From the UHGV virus genome UHGV-0115014: a stretch of 40,109 bases of DNA. One strand, 5' to 3'. Position 1 is the stretch's first letter, and each line of letters starts with the position of its first letter. The notes under the pieces are model-generated. The model searched no databases. It saw only the letters and a list, made by a program, of their open reading frames with translations, and was not told where the DNA came from. Both the position numbers and the translations under genes were made by a program. Origin of the DNA: a virus. Below, piece after piece: positions 26,804 through 33,199 of the stretch.

Positions 26804-29278
26804 ATGAGACAGGAATGTATACAAGCGGTCCAGCAGGCGGCGCAGCGCACGTTAACGGCGCGAGAAATACAGAACATTGAAGACCGCATTTATCGAAATA
26901 TGCGCTCCATTGCTCGTGATGACCCGATGTCGTGGCGACAACTTTCCGAATCAGAACGGTTGTATCGTGCAGCACAATTGGCATCTGAAGAATTACAGCG
27001 AGAAGCGGCATTAAAGAAACGTCGTGTGGCCCTCACTATAGCCGCACGTCAGAGATTGGATAAATTTATCAATAGCTATCAAGGGGCTGATGGGAAACTT
27101 GGCGCTCTTAACCGTACTATTGCTTTTAATGCAGACGGTAAATCGAATTTCCTCTCTGTTGAATCCAGAACAAAAGCCACCCGTGATTATGCATTGAGTC
27201 AATTGCAGGAGGCATTCGAAGCAGTTGATCCTCGCTTTTTTGGTCTGTTTGAAGATGAAGCGGGCGTACGTGACCTGGTATATGAAATGCGGGGGCAAAA
27301 TACTGGCAATGCTAAAGCAAGAAAAGGTGCTAAGGCGTGGAGAGAAGTTACAGAGCTGCTGCGCCGCCGGTTTAATGATGCTGGTGGGGACATTGGCTAT
27401 CTCGAAAACTGGGGGATCCCTCAACATCATTCTATGGAAAAGGTTGGGGCGGTATCAAAGGATAAGTGGGTTAGCGATGTTATAGGTAAGCTGGATCGCA
27501 AATATTATACCCGAGCCGATGGACAACTGATGAACGATGCCGAGTTGTCTGAATTTCTTGGAGAGGCTTATAACACGATCGCTACTGGTGGGCTGAATAA
27601 GCTTACTGATACCGGAATGCGAATTTCCGGCGCACGTGCTAACCGTGGTAATGCATCACGACAGATACATTTCAAAGATGCAGATTCCTATCTGCAATAT
27701 CAGCAACTTTATGGCGATCGCTCTCTATGGGAAATCATGGTCGGTCACCTTGAAGGTATCAGTAAAGATATTGCACTGGTGGAAACATATGGCCCAAACC
27801 CCGATCATGTTTTCCGCTCTCTTCTTGATCAGGTGAAGGCAGAAACGGCAACAGCTAACCCGAGTAAAACCGGTAGCGTCGAGCGTCTGGCGAACAAAAC
27901 AGAGAACCTGTACAACTTTATTTCCGGAAAAACACAGCCTGTAGCGAATCCGCACATCGCGCGATGGTCTGACAATATCCGCAACTGGCTGGTTGCCAGC
28001 AGACTCGGATCCGCGTTGCTGTCATCGTTCTCTGATCTTGGAACCATGTATCTGTCTGCGAAGGTTACCAACCTTCCAATGAACCAGTTATTCCGCAACC
28101 AGCTTGAAGCTATGGACCCAACGAACCGTACAGAACTTGCGCGGGCGCGCCGCGCTGGTCTGGCGATGGAATCTCTACTTGGCAGCGTTAACCGCTGGGC
28201 GATGGATAATATGGGGCCGTCTGTGTCTCGTTGGGCTGCAACGGCGGTAATGCGTGCCAGTGGGCTTACAGCATGGTCAGATGCGCACAAGCGCGCCTAT
28301 GGCGTAACCATGATGGGAAGCCTGGGAGAAGTAGTGTCACGGACACCAGACCTTCGTCGCCTCGATGACTCTGATTTTCGTATCCTGAAAAGCAAAGGGA
28401 TTACTGACACAGACTGGAGCGTATGGAAGTTGGCGCAACAGGAGGACTGGGGGAACGGTAATAATACGATGCTGACACCGGAAAGCATTATGCGTATCCC
28501 TGATTCAGCAGTTAAACATCTTGGTGAGCCTGAACGCGTGAAATTTGAGGCAATGCGTAAACTGCTCGGTGCCGTAACTGAAGAAGTTGATATGGCTGTT
28601 ATTACACCGGGCGCACGTGAACAGATGTTCGTAGGGTCTGGTCTTCAGCGTGGAACATGGAAAGGTGAATTAACGAGAAGTGTTTTCCTGTTTAAATCGT
28701 TCCCTATCTCTGTAGTTATGCGTCACTGGCATAGAGCTATGGGGATGCCGTCTGCTGGTGGGCGTGCAGCATATATAGCAACGTTTTTAGCAAGCACAAC
28801 CATGCTTGGTGCTCTTTCCATGCAGATTACTGATCTTATTAATGGGAGAAATCCAAAAGAAATGACCGGTGACAACATGGTTAAATTCTGGATGAATGCA
28901 TTTTTAAAAGGTGGTGGTGCAGGGTTGTATGGTGATTTTCTTTTCTCTGACCACACCAGGTACGGAAGCGGCGCGTTGGCGTCGATGCTTGGCCCGGTAG
29001 CTGGTCTGGTTGATGACGTAGTGAAGATAGCTCAGGGCATACCGCTAAATGCTGTGGAAGGGAAGAGTGAGCAGACTGGTGGTGATCTGGTTAAGCTGGG
29101 GAAGGGGCTGATGCCAGGTGCGAATCTCTGGTACTTGAAGGCGGCTCTCGATCATATGATCTTTAACCAGATGCAGGAGTATTTTTCACCAGGCTATTTG
29201 CGTAAAATGGAGCAACGTTCGAAGAAAGAGTTTAACCAGACATACTGGTGGCGACCTCAGGATGTCACTCCGCAATAA
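26804..29278 (+). CDS. Internal virion / ejection protein (gp16-like position)
   Basis: 824 aa; last of three consecutive large proteins in the core/ejection block. Confidence 0.5.
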   Translation: MRQECIQAVQQAAQRTLTAREIQNIEDRIYRNMRSIARDDPMSWRQLSESERLYRAAQLASEELQREAALKKRRVALTIAARQRLDKFINSYQGADGKLGALNRTIAFNADGKSNFLSVESRTKATRDYALSQLQEAFEAVDPRFFGLFEDEAGVRDLVYEMRGQNTGNAKARKGAKAWREVTELLRRRFNDAGGDIGYLENWGIPQHHSMEKVGAVSKDKWVSDVIGKLDRKYYTRADGQLMNDAELSEFLGEAYNTIATGGLNKLTDTGMRISGARANRGNASRQIHFKDADSYLQYQQLYGDRSLWEIMVGHLEGISKDIALVETYGPNPDHVFRSLLDQVKAETATANPSKTGSVERLANKTENLYNFISGKTQPVANPHIARWSDNIRNWLVASRLGSALLSSFSDLGTMYLSAKVTNLPMNQLFRNQLEAMDPTNRTELARARRAGLAMESLLGSVNRWAMDNMGPSVSRWAATAVMRASGLTAWSDAHKRAYGVTMMGSLGEVVSRTPDLRRLDDSDFRILKSKGITDTDWSVWKLAQQEDWGNGNNTMLTPESIMRIPDSAVKHLGEPERVKFEAMRKLLGAVTEEVDMAVITPGAREQMFVGSGLQRGTWKGELTRSVFLFKSFPISVVMRHWHRAMGMPSAGGRAAYIATFLASTTMLGALSMQITDLINGRNPKEMTGDNMVKFWMNAFLKGGGAGLYGDFLFSDHTRYGSGALASMLGPVAGLVDDVVKIAQGIPLNAVEGKSEQTGGDLVKLGKGLMPGANLWYLKAALDHMIFNQMQEYFSPGYLRKMEQRSKKEFNQTYWWRPQDVTPQ

Positions 29279-29307
29279 GGAAGTGTTGTGTTTTTAATTA
29301 TTTTGAG

Positions 29308-29463
29308 TGTGATAATTTCTGGTGGATTGTTATTTATTGACCGCTACAAATATTTTCTTAACCCTCAGACTCAAGCTATTTGCTGGTTCATCTTTGTTGT
29401 GCAGGGAGTAGTTCTTGTTGCAAGCCTTATTGAGGGGAGGCCTCTGATTTTTAATGGGTAAAT
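29308..29463 (+). CDS. Small hydrophobic protein (51 aa)
   Basis: Unlisted small ORF with GTG start; one TM-like segment AICWFIFVVQGVVLVASLI. Confidence 0.2.
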
Positions 29464-29473
29464 AGGTGACTAC

Positions 29474-29770
29474 ATGCAAGCTATAGGATTCATTGTTTAT
29501 ATCGTCGTTGGTCTTTTTCAGTTGGCAGCAATTATGGCTGGGCTTGAATCATGGTGGGGGTTGCACTGGGTAATTGCAGCTCCCGTTGCTTTTGTCGTGA
29601 GTTATATTCCGTTTGTTGGAGCGATTGTTGGTATGATTGGCGCTGTGGATGTATGGCGGTGGGAGTGGTGGCAGGCTGGCCTTCTCTTCTTTGGTGGGAT
29701 CATCTTTGCTATTGTCTGCGGTGGAATGTCATCATTTTTCGAACGGCTATCATTCAGAAAAGGAACGTGA
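29474..29770 (+). CDS. Small integral membrane protein (about 3 TM segments)
   Basis: 98 aa, strongly hydrophobic; stop codon lies inside a GTGACATGTCAC palindrome. Confidence 0.5.
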   Translation: MQAIGFIVYIVVGLFQLAAIMAGLESWWGLHWVIAAPVAFVVSYIPFVGAIVGMIGAVDVWRWEWWQAGLLFFGGIIFAIVCGGMSSFFERLSFRKGT

Positions 29771-29778
29771 CATGTCAC
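29767..29778. repeat. 12-bp perfect palindrome GTGACATGTCAC (copy 3)
   Basis: Exact palindrome containing stop of membrane protein gene 29474..29770 and ATG of plus-strand ORF 29772..29915. Confidence 0.6.
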
Positions 29779-29801
29779 AGGCCGCTTTCGCGGCCTTGTT
29801 T

Positions 29802-29963
29802 TTAACGAATGCCACCGCCACCCGGGCGGGAATCCGCAGAACGCCCACCGCAGCGGGAGCCGTCAGCGGCAGTATCGCTGTCGTGCTGACAACGACCGGC
29901 AAAGGCCTGAGTTGAAGCTACCAGAGACAACAAAACGAACAGTGCAGCAAATGCTTTTTTCAT
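29802..29963 (-). CDS. Small secreted peptide (signal peptide plus 31-aa Cys-containing mature part)
   Basis: MKKAFAALFVLLSLVASTQAFA signal peptide with AxA cleavage motif; TTGACG-N16-TATAGA promoter-like sequence upstream on minus strand; antisense-overlaps alternative plus-strand ORF 29772..29915, so strand assignment is uncertain. Confidence 0.35.
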   Translation of the reverse strand: MKKAFAALFVLLSLVASTQAFAGRCQHDSDTAADGSRCGGRSADSRPGGGGIR

Positions 29964-30032
29964 TGTGAAATTTCCATCTATAATCCACCTCAATGTGGCG
30001 TCAATGAGTGTAGCACTGACTTTTGTTTCGTC

Positions 30033-30057
30033 CACAAAAAAGCCCGCGGCGCGGGCT
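30033..30057 (-). terminator. Intrinsic terminator after YafO-like gene
   Basis: Minus-strand GCCCGCG-CCG-CGGGC hairpin followed by TTTTTTGTGG; overlaps stop codon. Confidence 0.6.
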
Positions 30058-30602
30058 TATTCCTTCCATTTATCAGAAAAAAGATCTTCTTCTAAAGGCA
30101 TTGGTTCTGTTTTTGTTTTCTCAAAGAATTGATAACTGATAGTGATTGCTGCCTCTTTAAACTCTTCTTGCTCAGTTATGTTGTGGGCATCTGCGTCAAC
30201 AAAAAACATAACCAGCGCATCACGATTGTGATTTACCGAATAAACTAAAAAGCAATTACTTGTTGGTATGCATTTTACTTGCACAGACGCTATTTTTTTC
30301 CATGCATCCCAAGATGATTTTTTACCAGTGTGTTTTTTATCACTATCTTCTGGAATATAGTCTTGGTTATCGACATGAGTATGCCTGACATTTAGTTTAA
30401 GCATTTCTGTCGGACGAGCAAATGCAGCATCTTTACCAAGAGATGGATGGTATCCCGTTTTCCAATACTGGGTAAAGGCATCAGATACTTTCTTCAGCTC
30501 AAGATCAGATGCACAAAGGGCCGAGAAATTTTGCGTATGCAATACTCGACCCTTATATCTGACAATTTGATTTTTATCATTCTGCGACGCAGACGAACTC
30601 AT
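30057..30602 (-). CDS. YafO-family toxin-like protein
   Basis: Table ORF 30057..30629 with start at MSSSAS; region DAFTQYWKTGYHPSLGKDAAFARPTEMLKLNVRHTHV and FLVYSVNHNRDALVMFFVD aligns with E. coli YafO blocks ADFISYKRDGVLPDIFGRDALY...LIKFERVAHIHL and HLVYCQGAFDEQAWLLIAIL (recalled from memory); intrinsic terminator at 3' end. Confidence 0.45.
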   Translation of the reverse strand: MSSSASQNDKNQIVRYKGRVLHTQNFSALCASDLELKKVSDAFTQYWKTGYHPSLGKDAAFARPTEMLKLNVRHTHVDNQDYIPEDSDKKHTGKKSSWDAWKKIASVQVKCIPTSNCFLVYSVNHNRDALVMFFVDADAHNITEQEEFKEAAITISYQFFEKTKTEPMPLEEDLFSDKWKE

Positions 30603-30756
30603 AATTTTCCTTATTGTTACGAGAATCAAAGAAAGCGCGGGATACGCGACTTGCGTGATCTTTTGTCATAGTAACTTTTACGCACTCTACGCTTCCATTG
30701 AAAGAACGTCTTGCGGCAGCTTGCGCTCTACGCATCTGCAATTTTTCGTTTCGCAT
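30577..30756 (-). CDS. Small basic ORF upstream of YafO-like gene (candidate antitoxin or leader peptide)
   Basis: Unlisted 59-aa ORF MRNEKLQMRRAQAAARRSF...; overlaps start of YafO-like gene in another frame; speculative. Confidence 0.2.
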   Translation of the reverse strand: MRNEKLQMRRAQAAARRSFNGSVECVKVTMTKDHASRVSRAFFDSRNNKENYEFVCVAE

Positions 30757-30816
30757 GACATTACCTCATATCTCATAAGTTCATTACACGGATTAATAAA
30801 AATGAAACCAATCCGT

Positions 30817-30831
30817 TTACCCTTGAGGTAA
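30817..30831. promoter_or_regulatory. TTACC-N5-GGTAA palindrome upstream of YafO-like cassette
   Basis: TTACCCTTGAGGTAA about 60 bp upstream (minus strand) of small ORF start 30756. Confidence 0.4.
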
Positions 30832-30903
30832 TAGTACGCTATTCACCCACAGTCTGCAATCTGTACAGAATTATTTAAAGGCACATCCCTGTGCCGCCGC
30901 CCG

Positions 30904-31599
30904 TCAGAAGAACCCTGCCTTGTCGTTGATGTACTCCGCGTGCGTCTGGATATCACGCAGGCATTTGCTCACACCGACGATGTAACAGAACATGGTGGTC
31001 AGCTCCGCCGCCGCGCCCGATACGTCGTGCCCGTCGTCCTGTAACTGGTTCAGCAGATTCATCAGCAGTGAGTTCTCCGTCAGGCCGAGAACACCAGACG
31101 GAGAATGAATCAGGCTGCGGTAGCCGGGCTTCAGCGGGGCACTGTAGGTTTTGTTCTCTATCTTCATTGCCTGCATTACTGCTGACGCCGTGGCGTTGGC
31201 TACCTGGTCGGCAACCATCTTTATGCGTTCTTCCTGCGGTAGCGAGTTTTTAATGTAACTTCCGGTGCGGCGGATCTGAGGAAGAACCTCACCTGTAACC
31301 CATTTACGAAAGCGGTAGGGGATAGTGCCTGGTGTCACCGCATCGCGGCAGCGGAGGATCAGTGTGTAGAGGCCTGACTCGGAGATGATGATCGATTCTT
31401 GCTCACCGCCAGGGGTGTCGGTTGAAGCGACGCCCTTCTCATCATCATCAAGTTTTCGAACAGCATCTCGATGGTTTGCTATGCCTATAGCCCGACAAAC
31501 ATCTGAAGCGATAAACCATGGCTCACCATTAATGACGATTACTCGTATATCGGCTTGGGATTCGAAAGAAAAAATGGACGTGCTTTTTGTAGCTGTCAT
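30904..31599 (-). CDS. Bro-N domain protein (antirepressor-like)
   Basis: 231 aa; N-terminal block VIVINGEPWFIASDVCRAIGIANHRDAVRKL is a Bro-N/antirepressor-type signature; C-terminal 70 aa are paralogous to ORF 32747..33004. Confidence 0.7.
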   Translation of the reverse strand: MTATKSTSIFSFESQADIRVIVINGEPWFIASDVCRAIGIANHRDAVRKLDDDEKGVASTDTPGGEQESIIISESGLYTLILRCRDAVTPGTIPYRFRKWVTGEVLPQIRRTGSYIKNSLPQEERIKMVADQVANATASAVMQAMKIENKTYSAPLKPGYRSLIHSPSGVLGLTENSLLMNLLNQLQDDGHDVSGAAAELTTMFCYIVGVSKCLRDIQTHAEYINDKAGFF

Positions 31600-31868
31600 A
31601 GTGGTTACCTTTTAGTCAGGTTAATCACCACTACCGACGCCAATCGGTTGGTGGTGAACTGTGCAGGGTTGGCGTAACCGGCTAAAAGGACCCGGCGCAC
31701 CTTTCGGTGCCCCCACACAGCCCACCATAATACGAATGTGGCCGTGCTATACGCATAAAAAAACCGCTTGCGCGGTGAATGCGCCTTTTAGTAATCCGGG
31801 ACGCCAATCCCGGCACTGGATTTTGCCAGTGCCCGATTACTATGGCACAAGAGGAGTGCAATGTAAAT

Positions 31869-31976
31869 TTACCGCAAAGGTAATGATAAACGCGGAGAAA
31901 TATTAAAATCAACCGCATTTGGTTGATTGCGTTTAACGCTTGATCACCTGAAAGCAAGATATTACCTTTAAGGTAA
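31869..31976. promoter_or_regulatory. Pair of TTACC-N5-GGTAA palindromes upstream of zinc-ribbon membrane protein gene
   Basis: TTACCGCAAAGGTAA (about 31869-31883) and TTACCTTTAAGGTAA (about 31962-31976), the latter 20 bp before ATG 31997. Confidence 0.45.
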
Positions 31977-31996
31977 TGTTATTGTGAGGAAAAGCA

Positions 31997-32725
31997 ATGG
32001 AAGTTTTCTGGATAGTTGTTGGTGTTGTTACGGTGATTATTTACGTTATCAACCAGAACAGGACTAAGGTCTCTGATCGCACAGTCGTTAATCATCGCAA
32101 AACGATAAAGACCGAAGATGGAGAAATAACGATTAATCGTACACAGGTGATAGACCACACCTCCACTCAGTTTCAAAAAACTGGAGGTAATGCGCCTAAT
32201 ATTTCCGCACCTCCTGCTTATGATAGTGCGGTAATCCAGACATATTATAAACAGCAGGAGTTAGCAAAAGAGAGGCAACTGATTCAGCCAAAGCCATTTA
32301 CAGCAGAGCTTCCACCTGGAGTGTCAACGCGTCCGGCATATCATGGAAGATTCCCTGGTGATGACATATCGTCTCAGTCATCTAAAAAAGCACCTCAGGC
32401 AGTATCAGAGCCAGCAAGAATACCTTCTGTATCGCCGCCAAAAGAAGAATCAGCTAACAGAGTTTCAAGTGGTAGCAAGCAGTGCTTGCGATGCAGAATA
32501 AACCTTCCATATGAAAAATTCAGGAAATCGTCAAAAAATCCAGATGGATTGACTAAGTGGTGTGCAAGGTGTCTCGATGGTCCAAAGAATACACGCCATA
32601 TGAAGTGGTGCCCAATTTGTAATGTCCGCAGAAAACGAACCAGCTTTTACCCTAATAATCAAAATGCGGATGGCTTAATGGCATGGTGCAAAACGTGCTG
32701 GGACGAGCACAAAGCGAAACGATAG
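31997..32725 (+). CDS. Membrane-anchored protein with two C-terminal zinc-ribbon repeats
   Basis: N-terminal TM helix VFWIVVGVVTVIIYVI, Pro/Ser-rich linker, then duplicated modules CLRC...DGLTKWCARC and CPIC...DGLMAWCKTC; several in-frame AGA/AGG codons; followed by intrinsic terminator. Confidence 0.55.
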   Translation: MEVFWIVVGVVTVIIYVINQNRTKVSDRTVVNHRKTIKTEDGEITINRTQVIDHTSTQFQKTGGNAPNISAPPAYDSAVIQTYYKQQELAKERQLIQPKPFTAELPPGVSTRPAYHGRFPGDDISSQSSKKAPQAVSEPARIPSVSPPKEESANRVSSGSKQCLRCRINLPYEKFRKSSKNPDGLTKWCARCLDGPKNTRHMKWCPICNVRRKRTSFYPNNQNADGLMAWCKTCWDEHKAKR

Positions 32726-32748
32726 GCCGCTCTAGCGGCCTTTTCTTT
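32724..32748 (+). terminator. Intrinsic terminator after zinc-ribbon membrane protein gene
   Basis: GGCCGC-TCTA-GCGGCC hairpin followed by TTTTCTTT. Confidence 0.6.
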
Positions 32749-33004
32749 ATGTGGTTTGTTTTCGTAATTGTTCGGCACAATAGTCGAGATGTGTTTGCAA
32801 ATCCTGCATAGACATCTGTGAGCTGGTGACGTAGTTAATCAGTGCAGTCAGTTCGGCAAGTGGGCCATCGACATTAAATCCATCCTTATCGAGATCCCGG
32901 AGTAATTTCATCAAGTGCGATCCCTCCACCAGTGACCTGACGCCTCCCGGCGTGTGAATCCTTTCGGTAAATCCGTCTTCCAGTGGATAGTGATACTGCT
33001 GCAT
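32747..33004 (-). CDS. Small protein homologous to the C-terminal domain of the Bro-N protein
   Basis: Table ORF 32747..33022 with ATG start at MQQYHY after GGAGAAG SD; about 40-45 percent identity over 70 aa with the C-terminus of 30904..31599 (LMKLLRDLDKDGFNVDGPLAELTALINYV...DLQTHLDY versus LMNLLNQLQDDGHDVSGAAAELTTMFCYI...DIQTHAEY). Confidence 0.55.
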   Translation of the reverse strand: MQQYHYPLEDGFTERIHTPGGVRSLVEGSHLMKLLRDLDKDGFNVDGPLAELTALINYVTSSQMSMQDLQTHLDYCAEQLRKQTT

Positions 33005-33080
33005 CTTATCTTCTCCATGCAATAACTGTATATTTATACAGTATCAAATAATTTGTTTGCTATCCAGCACGTTTTGCAAA

Positions 33081-33095
33081 TTACCCGAAAGGTAA
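33081..33095. promoter_or_regulatory. TTACC-N5-GGTAA palindrome upstream of tail fiber gene
   Basis: TTACCCGAAAGGTAA about 105 bp before ATG 33200, followed by ATGTGGTT at 33128-33135. Confidence 0.4.
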
Positions 33096-33199
33096 TATCT
33101 GTTCATATTCACAGTCTTTCTATCCATATGTGGTTTTTCAGGTAATAGAATAACCAGATATGCGGCGCAACGGGTGCTGCGACTATCTGGAGATTTAAC

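Noticed and set aside
29772-29915. Plus-strand 48-aa ORF MSQAAFAALFLTNATATRAG... as the real gene at this locus
   Set aside because: Not excluded, but the antisense minus-strand ORF has a canonical signal peptide and promoter-like sequence, so the minus-strand gene was listed as the feature; strand remains unresolved.
30855-30875. Possible LexA box near the palindrome TCTGTACAGA and CTGT-containing sequence upstream of the Bro-N gene
   Set aside because: Neither site fits the CTGT-N8-ACAG spacing of enterobacterial LexA boxes; the palindrome is noted but not called as an SOS operator.
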